64,000 bases of DNA, from the NCBI GenBank assembly GCA_964016885.1, contig OZ024742.1:222332001-222396000 (forward strand), written 5' to 3'. The stretch comes from Eledone cirrhosa (taxonomy: Eukaryota). Positions 38,357 to 51,788 of this stretch are shown here, piece after piece; position 1 is the first letter of the stretch; the number at the start of each line of letters is the position of its first letter. The translations under genes were made by a program, and so were the position numbers. The notes beneath the pieces are model-generated. The model saw only the letters and a program-made list of their open reading frames with translations. It was not told the origin of the DNA and did not search any database.

Positions 38357-39292
38357 GGGTACATGTGTCTGTGAAATACTCCACCACTTACACTATAATT
38401 CAAAATGGACTGTACCTGTAATTCAAAGGACCAGCCTTGTCACATATTGTGTCATGCTGGTTCTGGCTGGGTACACATGTTTGTGGAATACTCAACCATG
38501 TACAACCTTTAACAACTATAATAAAAGATGGAATATGCCTGTAACTCAAAGATCCAACCCTGTCATATATAGTGTCTTCTGATTCTGCCAGGATATATAT
38601 ATTCTGATTAAGGATATATATTTCTATGGAATACTCAACCACTTATATGGTAATTCTTGAGTCAAATGGTCAGTTGATTGAACAACTGAAAGAACATCGT
38701 AGAAACCAATGGAGGACCTTTCATCATTGGTACAATAAATGACTAATTACTCCAGGGTTGCTACTCACCTAAATAATTCATTATAAAATCAATTATATTG
38801 GCCAACAGGTCTTCTCGGGATTGTATGAGGAACAAAACTTGCTAGAGTTCTTTAATTAAAATCAGTGATATACTGTGTAAATGTTTGTAGATGTAACGAT
38901 AATAGCTGTGTAGTGGCGGTTGTTAGCTTGGAAGACAAACAAATAAGTGATAATGGCTATGATTGAAAAATGAAACAATGTGATCTCTTGAACCCTTTTC
39001 CTACCATATTTCTAATGAAATTGAATTCTAATGCTTTGAATTTTCAATTTTTTTTTTTTTTTAATAATCAAGAATTTGCATGGTTTTTGTAATATAGCTA
39101 ACTTTGTCATTATTAAGCTGGTGTTTAACAAAGGTTCATACAGAAAATTGAGTTTTTTATATAAATATAACCCTTGTGTTACTATATTTCTAATATAGGT
39201 ACTGCTAGTGTTTCAATTAAATATCAAAATAAGCAAGAATTTTGAAATATTTAGTAATATAACTAACTTTCTCATTATTATGCTGGTGTTTA

Positions 39293-39512
39293 GGGCGGTG
39301 GATTGGCAGTATTGTTAGAGTGTCAGACACCCTGCTTTGCAGCATAGAGTTACAGCCCCTTACGTTTTGAGTTAAAGTCCCGCCGAGGTTAGCTTTGCCT
39401 TTCGTCCTTTCTGGGTCAATAAAATAAGGCACCAGTAATGCACAGGGGGTCGATTTAATTGACCCCCCCTCCTTCAAATTGCTGGCCTTGTGCCTAAAGT
39501 AGAAACAATTAT
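39293..39512 (+). mobile_element. tRNA-derived SINE (family S1)
   Basis: GGCGGTGGATTGGCAG head, core and tail as in the other copies. Confidence 0.8.
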
Positions 39513-39985
39513 TATGCTGGTGTTTTAGAGAATAATTTAACAAAGTTACATAAAATTATGATGGAAGATTTAAATTTAAGTATCACGCTAACCAAAGATG
39601 GATTCAGATAGTTTTGTATGAAGAAGTTTTAAAATTCTTTTCCATAATAATTTATCAGAAAATATCTAAGAACAAGGTCTGTTAATTCAAATGTTCATAG
39701 TGTCTTTACTAGTGTCTTTATTAGTGTCTTTACTAGTGTTGGACAGAACATTGTGAAAATTTGCTGTATTACAGTTAAGAATTTTTAATGTGATGTAGTC
39801 ATAGACTCTGCCCCCACAACCCTCTCACGAATAAGTGGGTGAAAAAGATGTAGTCATAGTGTTGTGTACATCCTTGCTAGCAGGGAAAATAACTGTTAAA
39901 TGATGATGTTGATGATGATGATGATGATGATTTGTTAATGTGGTTTCATGTGATATAGAACATGAAGTTAATCATTTATCTGAAC

Positions 39986-40016
<31 letters not shown>

Positions 40017-41389
40017 ACACTATATATAAGTCATTGCTTCAGGACATCAAAATGCTTATGTATTTCTAATAAAGAAATTACACTCTTTTTACCATACATT
40101 TTATTATTTACCTTTCTGTCACTCCTGTCCACCTTCACACTCTCTCCCACTCTCACTCGCTTTATCACTCCTGCCTCAAACTCTCCTCTCTCACCATTCC
40201 TCCCTCTCCCCCTCTCTCCTCCCTTTCCCCTCTCTACATTCTTACTATTTTTTTTTCATTCCCTAGTTTCAGTCATATTACTGATTTTTAATTAACTAAA
40301 GCAAGTTTTGTTATTTATCACATGAGCTAGGAGGTAGTTGGTATAAGGCCGTGGATTTGATTCCTGGACCAGGAGGCTCATTATGTTCTTGAGCAAGATA
40401 CTTAATTTTAGTTTTTGAATATATTCTTCACTATCCAAACATTCAGCCATAATATATATACTCAATTGCCGTATATCACTAGTTGTAAATCTACTTTAAC
40501 TATATTCCAATTCATCAACTCACAAATTACTATTTTTATTTCTGGTTTTAATTACCAGATTAATTGGTTAGTGTTTTATAACGAAATGTTTCTACTTTAA
40601 TTGTGAATTAACGGATAATCCCTGGTTTTACTGAGCTGGGATTAACTAGAAGGTTCAATGTCAGCTTTATATATATATATGGTGTGTATAGTAAAGTATG
40701 AGAATTATGTAAATATTATTACATACAGCAAGAGAAACATTGAAATTAAATAAGATCTTTGCAACCACAACTGCAATTTAGATTAAAAAAATCCTAGATC
40801 AGGTTCACAAAAAAAAAAAAAACCCAAACTCTAAAGATTAACCCAGATTAAATAAATATAAAATTTCACTCTTTTCATACAAACAGCCTCAAACTGACCC
40901 TGATTCTAAGCTGTTTGTTTTAATGAAAAAAACCTTCCATAATTTTATGTAAGAACTTGGTGCTTTTTTTAATATAATGTAGCACTAACTTAATAATGAG
41001 AAAGTTAGTTATATTAGTAAACAACTCCAAATTCTGGATTTATTTTCAAAATTATATGGAAATTATGTGCAGTATCTTTCATTAGGAATATGGCAATTAA
41101 AGTGGTAAATAGAAGTATAACTATATCATCATTATCACACATATATACATAGATTCATACATGCATATATATATACATACATTTAAATTGGGTGTTTTAC
41201 CACTGGGTAGAATTGGCCATTCTGCAATGTTAACCATAATGTAATATGAAAAAGCACTCCACGTTATGCAACTCATCCATCTTCGATGTTGAATCATATT
41301 GGTGGTGTGGGAACGGAGTAAGTGTATTATAAATTAAATGACAGGAGGCCAAATATGTTGAATTTCCTTATTTTTTTTATTTCTGCAAA

Positions 41390-41495
<106 letters not shown>

Positions 41496-41969
41496 GAAAT
41501 AGAGGTCTGACCATGAGCTCGGGTGGTTTGGGCCTATAACCCCTCCAAGCTTTCTGAAACTGCTCAAGCTCACATTTGAAACTCTACCTCACTAATATAC
41601 ACCCCCTTCTGCATATCTCCATTGAATACTACTTTGATTTATGGTCTACTCAGTCTTCACATCGCAGACATTCCATCTATATATATATATATATATATGT
41701 ATATAGAGAGAGAGATTATAGTAGAAAGCTTGGAGAGGTTATAAACCCAAAACACCCGAAGTCATGGTCCGACCTCTATTTCATTGGTAGACTTTGATCA
41801 GCTGATATGTAAGATTATTGATGCAATATATTAGAATTCAAATTGTCCCAAAACATACCTTGGATTAGCAATTCTAGAGGTGCTCACTTACATATTAATG
41901 AAACACATCAGTTACATAATAAATATTAGTCCTTCAATTGCAAAATTGGTGTATTTGTGTAATTTTTAA

Positions 41970-42010
<41 letters not shown>

Positions 42011-42133
42011 GGAGGTGAGTTTTATTGTAGGACAATAAAGCTATGCATATATCGGATAAGTAGCACTCAACAGTTTATTGGACTGGAGTATATATAAGAA
42101 GAAATTAAAAGATGGTTAAAAAAGTTCCATATA

Positions 42134-42200
42134 TTTTATTATGCGCATTTCAAAAACAAATATCATCCTGGGACGATAATTGCGTTCTCATCAGATAAAA
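42134..42200 (-). ncRNA. Type I hammerhead ribozyme, family B variant (intact)
   Basis: TTTTAT-CTGATGA-GAACGCAATTATCGTCC(CA)GGATGATATTTGTTTTT-GAAA-TGCGCA-TA-ATAAAA. Confidence 0.82.
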
Positions 42201-42329
42201 TAAGGTAACATGATATGATGCCTAAAAAACACTTGTGAACAAGGAGGTGTCCAGGCAACATATATGTTGACTTGACACTTCCTTGCTCACAAGTGTTTTT
42301 TAGGCATCATATCATGTTACCTTATTTTA

Positions 42330-42396
42330 TTTTATCTGATGAGAATGCAACTATCGTCCCAGGATGATATTTGTTTTTGAAATGTGCATAATAAAA
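42330..42396 (+). ncRNA. Type I hammerhead ribozyme, family B variant (intact core)
   Basis: TTTTAT-CTGATGA-GAATGCAACTATCGTCCCAGGATGATATTTGTTTTT-GAAA-TGTGCA-TA-ATAAAA. Confidence 0.8.
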
Positions 42397-42654
42397 TATA
42401 TGGAACTTTTTTAACCATCTTTTAATTTTTTCTTATATATATATATATATTTAGTAGAAATAGAAGCTTTAACCATATTTTTAACTAAAGGATGAGTATT
42501 GACGTATGTCATCCTTTTCCATTTTTAGAGGGTTTTTAAACACCCCTATCATGCTAAAATTTCTTTAGTCAAAAATATGGTGAAAGCTTCTATTTCTACT
42601 AAATGTCAAACCACTCGCTGTTTCAAAACAAACTTACTTTATATATATATATAT

Positions 42655-42990
42655 ATCTTCTTAGTCTTAGATTCTTCCGTGCCGTACGGCGCATCGAGCA
42701 GTAAGTACTCGCCAACGGTCACGGTCAACGGCAACTTTTTCGAGACCGTGCCAGGTGATGTTGGCTGCCATCAGGTCCTTCCAGAACGTTCGTCACCAGG
42801 TGATCCTTGAGCAACCTTGCCTCTGTTTACCACCAGGTGGAGTCCAGTTCGTCGCTGTTTTCAAATGCCGTTCATTTGGCAGACGTAGTATATGGCCAGC
42901 CAGACGGCACCGACGCTCCGTGACCACTCACTGTAGCCTCCACGACTCGGCTCTCCGCAGGATCTTCTTGTTTCACACTCGGCCAATCTC
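42655..42990 (-). mobile_element. RTE LINE 3' fragment (distinct family)
   Basis: Translation RRRLAGHILRLPNERHLKTATNWTPPGGKQRQG...VAVDRDRWRVLTARC. Confidence 0.8.
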
Positions 42991-43127
42991 TTATTATACA
43001 ATCTCTTTCAATTTCTCTCTCTCTCTCATTTATGTGTGTGTGCATGTGTATATATATATAGACATATATATATAGACACATATATATATATAGACATATA
43101 TATATATATAGACATATATATAGACAT

Positions 43128-43453
43128 ATGGAGGCACATGGCTTAGTGGTTAACCTTGCAATCGAAAGGTTGTGAGTTCAATTCTCAGACCGGGTGATGT
43201 GTTGTTTCCTTGAGCAAGACACTTTATTTCACATTGCTCCAGTTTCCTCAGCTGTAAAAATGAGATGATAGGGACTGGGGTCCCCATCATTCCACTGCAA
43301 AGTGGTCGTGGAGGCACCATGGCAAAAAAGCACCCAGCACTCACTGTAAATGAGGTTGGTGTTAGGAAGGGCATCCAGCTGTAGAAATCAAGCCAAAATC
43401 TGTTCCCGTCCCACCCTTACAAGCAGGGAAAAGGGGACGTAAAATGAAATGAT
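43128..43453 (+). mobile_element. tRNA-SINE family S2 (tRNA head + CCTTGAGCAAGACACTT core + RTE-derived tail)
   Basis: Box A TGGCTTAGTGG, box B GAGTTCAATTC; the tail matches the RTE 3'UTR. Copies at 45053-45395(-), 60787-61050(+) and 63880-64000(-). Confidence 0.82.
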
Positions 43454-43844
43454 GATATATATGTCTATATATATATATATACACGTGCACACACACACAC
43501 ACATAAATGAGAGAGAGAGAGAAATTGAAAGATATTGTATATAGCTGTTTTATTAATATTTTATTAACTTCCAATAAGTAATTTCCAATTTAGCATATAG
43601 TTTAATTTCCATTACAGCTATCTCTCCATTTCCCCTCTTCATCACATATATTGTAATTTGACAATAATTAAAATGACTGATTTAATTAACCATCATATGG
43701 GATCCAGTAATGATTTCATTAAATCTATCTAACACCTTCATCCTTCTTCCCACCTTATGTTAGCATTCCTCTTTGCTCCAGTTTTACCTTCTTTGGTTTT
43801 GTTACTGATTTTTTATTGTCTTGTGATCTTGTTACAACTATAGA

Positions 43845-44055
43845 TCATCATCATTACCATCATCATCACCATTACCATCATCATCATCATCATCATCATC
43901 ATAACCATTATCATCATCATTATTATCATCATCATAACCATTATCATCATCATCATCATAACCATTATCATCACCATTATTATCATCATCATCATCATCA
44001 TCACCATCATTATCATCATCATCATCATCATCACCAAAATCATTACCATCATCAT
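43845..44055. repeat. (CAT)n-like trinucleotide repeat
   Basis: Directly visible. Confidence 0.95.
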
Positions 44056-45052
44056 TTTACATTTATTTCCCATGGTGGCATGGATTGGATGGATTGTCAC
44101 TGTCTGAGACAAGACATGGCTGGAGAATTATGTCATGTATTCCATATGTTGACCTAGTTTCTATGACTGGGTGCTCTTCCCAATGGCATCCACTTTACAG
44201 CGTGTACTGGGTGTATTTTATCATGGCACTACCACTTTAGAGATTGTACTGGATGCACATTATTGTGGCAATAGCACCACCATGTTACAGAGTGTACTGG
44301 GTATATATTATCATGGTACCAATTGTACATTTTACAGAATGTCTTGGGTGCATATTATTGTGGAACCAGCACTACCACTTTACAGTGTGTATTGGGTATT
44401 TTTTTTTTGTTTTGTTTTTTTGTAGTTCCAGCACTATAGACCGTTATATGCCTGGTCACACAGTCCTCTCTACTCTATATTGTCACCATTCATCAACCAT
44501 TTGGAATATATATAAAACAAATATTTAAATATCATCTGAATATATTCCATGGTAGTCAAAACACATATACACATGCAAACACACACACAAACACACATAC
44601 TCACACACACACATACCCCCCCCCTCCCCCAAGCATACACATACTATACAATGTTTCATATTAGCTGCAACCTAAATTTGTAGCTTCTTTTATATCCATT
44701 TTCCATGCCAGCATAGAAAACCAACATAAAAGAAGCTATCTAAATATAGATAGTGATAGTATTTGGAACATAACTTAATAAAGTTTCTTAGCTGAAATTA
44801 TAATGGGGGGTTCTTAGATAAATATAAACACTTGAGGCAGTTTGGTATCAAGTTTTATATTAACCCTTTTTGTTTTCATATTTCTAATAAAAGACATTTT
44901 CAAATAATTTTGAAATTAGAATTTTAAGGAATTTAGTAATATATCTAAATTACTTATTATTAAGCTGGTGTTTAATACATGGAGGAACCATCATTTTATG
45001 TCCAACTCATGACAATATGGAAAAACAGATGTAAAATGATGATGATGACGAT

Positions 45053-45395
45053 CATCATCATCATCATCATCATCATCATTTTACGTCCACTTTTCCCTGC
45101 TTGCAAGGGTGGGACGGGAACTGATTCTGGCTTGATTTCAACAGCTGGATGCCCTTCCTAACACCAACCTCATTTACAGTGAGTGCTGGGTGCTTTTTTG
45201 CCGTGGCACCTCCACGACCATTTTACAGTGGAATGATAGGGACCCCAGTCCCTATCATCTCATTTCTACAGCTGAGTAAACTGGAGCAATGTGAAATAAA
45301 GTGTCTTGCTCAAGGAAACAACACATCACCCGGTCTGAGAATTGAACTCACAACCTTTCGATTGCAAGGCCAATGCTCTAACCACTAAGCCATGT
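45053..45395 (-). mobile_element. tRNA-SINE family S2, full length
   Basis: Reverse complement of the 43128 copy with a complete tRNA-like head and (GAT)n tail. Confidence 0.85.
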
Positions 45396-46212
45396 GTGTG
45401 TGTGTGTGTGTGTCATGTTTGGAACTTATCAAAAGTTTTAGATGAAATTATAGGGGAAGGATTTTAGATAAATATAAACACTTAAAAATAAGCAGTTTTA
45501 TATTATAAAACCAGGGGCAATTCAGATGAATCAGTATCAAAATTTCTATTAAATAACCCATATAAGGAAGACAAACCATTCCGTAACATTTCAAAATAAT
45601 CACAGACATTAAATCTGTTTTATAAATGCCCCGTGGTGGAGTTCACAGTTATCAACAATCGTTTAGTTTTGTTTTTCTAATTATCTATAGACCTTTTTCT
45701 AAGCAAATCTATGAAAGAATTCTTTTATGTAAAAATGACATTAGAATAAAAACAGGTTTATTTAATGTTGATAAAATGCTATTATGGATGTTTTATAGCA
45801 ATTAAAAAGATATTAGAAATGTGTATGTATCTGTGTGTCTGTATATCTGTGAGTGTGTGTATATCTGTGAGTATGTGTGTGTGTGTGTACACTCACAAAA
45901 AGGCTTTCCTAACTAATATATGATGCTATATGAAAAACTCTCTTTTGATATTTGAGCAGTATCATGCTTTGGCTTTATTATATAGAAACTACATTATACA
46001 ACAGCTGCAGCAAGATAATATCTGCCCCATTAAGTGGCTATTGCAGTCCTGTTACGCAAGCCGAGTTTGGAAGGATGGGTGGTCTGCATTTGATTTGCTG
46101 AATTTGAGAGTGAATTTGGTTTGGTAGGAATCATAGGTACAGGTTAGCATTCAGTTTAGAGTGTTTACTGTAGGTTAGTAAACTGATTGGAGCAATAATG
46201 GTCTTATTTACA

Positions 46213-47210
46213 TATCATCATCATCATCACCATTTTATGTCCGTTCTTCCGCGCTAGCATGGGTTAGATGGGTTGTCCTGTGTGGGCAGTGTCCGGTCAG
46301 CTGACCTTGTCTTGCTCATACAGGAACTGATTTTGGCTTGATTTCTACAGCTGGATGCCCTTCCTAACACCAACCTCATTTACAGTGAGTGCTGGGTGCT
46401 TTTTTTTTTGTGGTGCCTACACATCCACTTTCCAGTGTGGGCTGGGTGCTTTTTTGCCATGGCACCTCCACGATCACTTTGCAGTGGGAGGAGGTCGGGG
46501 CGTATTGTCTGTATGCTTCAGCTTCGGTGTGTACCCGTGGGGGGTCTTCTGTATGACTGCGTGACGCCAGAGCTCACAGTCATGTGTCATCACCCTTGAG
46601 AGGTGCAATTGGGTAAGGTCGGCTTTTATCACCTCATCCCAGGTCATCTTGGGTCTCCTCACTCCACGGATTCCATCGACTTCTAGTGTTCTGCACCTTT
46701 TTATGCAGCTGTCATCCTTCATACGCATCACATGTCCATACCAGCGCAACTGCCTCTTCTGCACACAGCATTTGATTCCTCTTATGCTCAGTCTCTCTCT
46801 CAATTCATTTATGCTTTGCCGTTCGTGTATATTACTATTACACATCCATCGGAGCATACAAGCTTCGTTTCTTTCTAATCTACGTAAGTCTTCTACAGAC
46901 AGCGCCCAGGTCTCACTTCCATGTAACATTGCTGTTCGTATACACGCATCATACAGTCTGCCTTTCATTTTGAGGGAGAAGCCTTTTGCAGCTAGCAGTG
47001 GCAGTAGCTCCCTGAACTTCTTCCATCCCGTTCTTACTCTAGTTATTGTACTTTCCGAACACCCACCTCCGCTGCTAATTTGGTCACCTAGGTAGCAGAA
47101 GCTGTCTACTGTTTCTACAGAGCCCTCCCAGAGTTTGGTGGTGCTTGTTTCCTGTGGCCGTTTGCTGCTTGCTGTCCCAGCGCAGCTGTTACATATGAAG
47201 CCTACATTCT
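46213..47210 (-). mobile_element. RTE LINE 5'-truncated copy (second subfamily)
   Basis: ORF 46474-46968 MKGRLYDACIRTAMLHGSETW...RWYGHVMR, then 3'UTR and (GAT)n tail. Confidence 0.9.
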
Positions 47211-48169
47211 TATATATATATTCTTATATATATATATATATGTGTGTATTCTGAACTTCCACATTGTGTTAATTGCTCTTTTTTTTCATTTGTTCCCATG
47301 CCTCTAGAGTATAGAGCGCTCTTCAGTTGAGTCAATGAGTGAAAACCCCTTTAGATCTGGGACCACAAAAAGATGCACCCAGTACGCCCTGTAAGGTGGT
47401 TGGTGATAGGAAAATTAATCCAGCTGGAGGAACCTTGTGAAAAAAAAAGGGTTGAAACAACTTTTCAGTTGTGTTAAGAGAATGAAAACCTGACTAATCT
47501 TAGTGATCTACAAGATAAATGCACTAAGTACATTCTGTAAGGTGGTTGGTGTTAGACAGGGTGGGCATCTAACTATAAAAAACTTTTAAACAAAGGGTCA
47601 AAGACATGACACCTGCCAAAGTGCTAGTGATAAAATGCACCTGGTGCACCCTGTAGAATGTGGGAACATATGCCTTCTACTATAGTCTTGGGTTGACGAA
47701 TGCATTGTGTGTGAAATTTAGTAGAGGAAGACTGTAAAAGCATGTCATATATGCATGTAAAAACGATGATGATGTTGATATATATGTGTGTGTATGCGTA
47801 TATATATTTTCTTTCTTCATTTTCCTTCCTTGCTTTTCCTTACCCTCACTACCAATATCACCACCACAACCAACACCACTACCAGACATTCAGGTCTTAT
47901 TAATGAGACCCTGCTCCACTTCTTGTAGGTATTATATATCATATTGTGTGTGTGTGGGGGGGGGGGGGGGGGGTTATCTTTCAACCTTTGACATCTCTAT
48001 CACTGATAAACCCACATTATGTCAAGAACTGTTTTTGATTCACTGAACTGGTTTAACCCTTTCTACACTAATGACCTACCTGTAATCTCTGCCTCTGATT
48101 GGAGGATAATAAAACCACTGTTTTTTTTAAAGTGTTTATTATGTTTATCTATAGGTCACTCTGGACATG

Positions 48170-48960
48170 CCAGTTTTCAAGTTGCAGATAACTAGCTGGT
48201 GATCAGTTGACAATTCAACCCCTCTCTTAACATGAACATCCAGCACAGACTCAAAGAGATCAGAGACAATAACAAAATCAGTTATTGATCTCTGACCCTG
48301 ATTCTCCTTATACTATGTATATTTATGGATGTCTCTGTGCTGGAAGGTGTTCAAAATAGAGAGCTCATTACTAGAAAAGAAGTGTGATAAGGCCTCTCCA
48401 TTCATATTTAGATTGGGATTGCCACTCCTTCCAATCACTCCTTTCTGTGTCAGGTGGCCCATGCCAACATGTGTATTGAAGTCTGCCATTAGGATATATG
48501 ACTGTCATAACTAATCTAATGCTGAAGTGACTTCATCAAAGAAGGATCTGTATTCAGACTCCTTGTTTGGTGCATAAATTTGCACCACCCACAGGGGCCT
48601 ATCTTTTATCCTAAGCTTCAAGAGGCAAATCCTCCCTCCCAATGGGATCCAGTCCATAACACATTCTGACAGCTGGGGACTTGTGAGTATCTTCACTCCA
48701 ACCTATGCAGTCATTTCTGGTGCCACACCTGAATAGTGAAGTTTCTATTCTCCATCGAAAACTACAGTACCAGAGCCACGGAACTTTGTTGAGGAAACCC
48801 CGGTTATATTTAGCCAGTGGCATCTAAACCCCTCCACTAGTTCCTGCTCCTTACCTGTAATGGTTTGGATGTTCCAGGTTTCAACTGTTATGGTTTGCAC
48901 ACTGCCAAACCCTCTTTGGAGTCTCAGAAATATGCAATTTTTGTGCGTCCAACCAGGACA
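48170..48960 (-). mobile_element. Degenerate RTE APE-endonuclease (5') fragment
   Basis: TWNIQTITGKEQELV, RICLLKLRI..VVQIYAPN..EYRSFFDEV and ADFNTHVG motifs. Confidence 0.78.
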
Positions 48961-49498
48961 GGTTGCAAGCCCATTGCCAGTTTTACAGCATGGAATGAAG
49001 ACTGCAATATATTTTTTAATAGGCCCCTCTACCTTATTATCCCATGCAAGGGACGATGATTTTATGTAAGAACATTTGTTGTGTCCCAAACACCAGATGA
49101 ATAACGAACAAAGTTATTTTACTAAATCCTTCCAAATTCTTGATTATTTTCAGAATGATTTAAAAATCATTGACCTTGTCTTTCATTCTGTCTTTGTTAT
49201 CGTGTCCACAAGAGTGTCAGCTACAAAGCTTGGCTAGATGTGGTTCTGCCACAGCTGAACACATTGCTGTTCTTCCTTATTAAACTCTGCCAAGTCCAAT
49301 GCTGTGCAGGGGTGTTCCAGCAGGGGGCATATCAGGAAGTGCTGCGTAGTCTGTGGTTCAATGCCACAGTCACACACAACATCCCCATCTTTTAAATATC
49401 TCCATTTTGCCAGATTGACTTTTGCACATCCAACACCAGATCTTAATCTGTTGAGGCATTTCTACACTGCATTGTCTTTCATTAGCAATAAGGTAATA

Positions 49499-49914
49499 TC
49501 ATCATCATCATTACCGTTTTACGTCCATTCTTCCACTAACATGGGTTAGACGGGTTGTCCTGTTGTGGGCAATGCCAGGTCGGGTGACCTTGTCTTGCTC
49601 ATATGGGAACTGATTTTGGCTTGATTTCTACAGCTGGATGCTCTTCCTAACACCAACCTCATTTACAGTGAGTACTGGGTGCTTTTCTACCGTGGCACCT
49701 ACACGACCACTTTACAGTGAGTACTGGGTGCTTTTCTACCGTGGCACCTACACAACCACTTTACAGTGTGGGCTGGGTGCTTTTTTTTGTCGTGGCACCT
49801 CCACGACCACTTTGCAGTGGGAGGGGCTGGGAGCATATTGTCTATATGCTTGAACTCGTTGGAAGTCGGGTCTTCTGTATTGCTGTGTAATGCCAGAGGT
49901 CTCGGTCCTGCGTC
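49499..49914 (-). mobile_element. RTE 3'UTR fragment with internal 44-bp duplication
   Basis: Homology to 23870-24228 and 46213-46570. Confidence 0.8.
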
Positions 49915-50897
49915 AATGTGGTAACAAAAGTGTTAGTGTTTATATTTATATTAGAAATATAGTAAAGGAAGGGTTAATATTTTTCCACTTGCTATAAGTA
50001 CTTTACCCTAATTTTGGGTTCCTTCTAAATATGTTCCAGTTTCTTCAGACTGCTTCCATTGTTTGGTATTTACTGACTCCACCCTAGTGTGTGGGTGTGG
50101 AGGAGGGGGAGGTATACACAGATATACAGATTCACATTGACACAACACACACACACACATACTGACATATGCACAGGCACTCATACATATACACACACTG
50201 ATATACACAATTACATAGACACACTGTTATGCAAACATAAATATATAAATACATACACACTGACAAACAAACATACATACACGAACACTGACAGACACAT
50301 GCACTTGCTATCTTCCTTTCTATCTCTCATTCTTCTCTCTTCCACAGACACGCACACACACACACACACACGTTATCTTTCTGTCTACCTCTCATTCTCT
50401 CATCCCCAACCCCTTCCTCAATCACACACACACACACGCACATAAACACGAGCACACACACACACATAAACACGAGCACACACATTCCACTTCACTATAC
50501 TTATATTATTTCTATAGCAACCAAACACTTCATCTCTTTAAGTCACAGAACAGTCAAAATGGTTTCCTTCTTCCTATCTCATTTTCTTTCTTCCCCCCCC
50601 CCCCTCCCTTTCACATCTCAATCTTCAGATATTTCATCAAAGATCTTTGTTATAGTCTTAACCTACATTTTCCAGATGCAATGTAGGGAAGGTGCTAGAT
50701 CATGGTGTAGTGTAGTGGCTGAGCTCCATAGTTCTTTAGTGGAGTACCACTAGATGGTGGGCTTGCTGTGGTACCACCATATATATATATATATATATAT
50801 ATAAAGAGAGAGAGATAGATATATATATATATAGATAGATATAGATATATATTATTTAAATTATTTAAATTAGTACTCCATGCTTAAGGAAAGTAGA

Positions 50898-50933
<36 letters not shown>

Positions 50934-50948
50934 GTGTATATATATATA

Positions 50949-51026
<78 letters not shown>

Positions 51027-51029
<3 letters not shown>

Positions 51030-51762
51030 TCATCATCATCATCATCAACGTTTAACGTCCGTGTTCAACGCTTGCATGGGTTTGGACGGGGGTATTCCCA
51101 CTTGAGGCAAGAGTGATTGTCTTGCTCACATAGGACTGTCTGGCAGGTTTTCTACAGTTGGATGCCCTTCCTAACACCAACCACATTTACAGTGTGGGTT
51201 TGGGAGGTTTTTACCGTGTTGCCTACACGGCCACATTACAGCGTGGACTGTCTGGCGGCTTTTCTATGGCCGGATGCCCTTCCTAACACCAACCACATTT
51301 ACAGTGTGGGTCTGGGAGGTTTTTACCGTGTTGCCTACACGGCCACATTACAGCGTGGACTGTGTGTTTTTTTGTCGTGACACCTACACGATCTCATTTG
51401 TTTCGGCCTGGATGGCGTGGCACCAACATAACTGTACATAGAAGGGGGTGGTGTGGATGGGTGGGGTGGGGGGGGTATTTTGTTAGAGATGCCTACTGGC
51501 TGTAGTAGGTTTTACTATGTATTTAGGTAAAGTGGGTCTTCTCTGTTACTGAGTACCACCAAAGGTCTCGGTCCAGTGACATTGTCTTGGAGAGGTGTAA
51601 GTGTGTGAGGTCGGAGTTTATCAGCTCGTCCCAGGTTTTTCTAGGTCTGCCTATTCCGTGGCTACCGTCTATCTTTATTGCCCTGCACTTTGTTATACAG
51701 CTATCGACTTTCATGCGCATCACGTGTCCATACCAACGTAGCCTTCTCTCGAGTAAACAACA
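51027..51762 (-). mobile_element. RTE 5'-truncated copy
   Basis: CCLLERRLRWYGHVMR...GRPRKTWD; the 3'UTR has an internal ~118-bp duplication. Confidence 0.88.
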
Positions 51763-51788
51763 TATATATATATTTATATATACACACA

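Larger units (their letters stand above)
42089..42440. repeat. ~350-bp near-spacerless palindrome carrying two inverted hammerheads
   Basis: Arms are reverse complements centred on CATATATG (42259-42266). Confidence 0.95.

Noticed and set aside
43813-44157. Poly-His and poly-Met ORFs
   Set aside because: (CAT)n microsatellite.
50006-50083. Minus-strand exon-like segment (CTAG|GGTGG...TTAGG|GTAAAG)
   Set aside because: Stops in all three frames; at most a non-coding exon, which the sequence alone cannot support.
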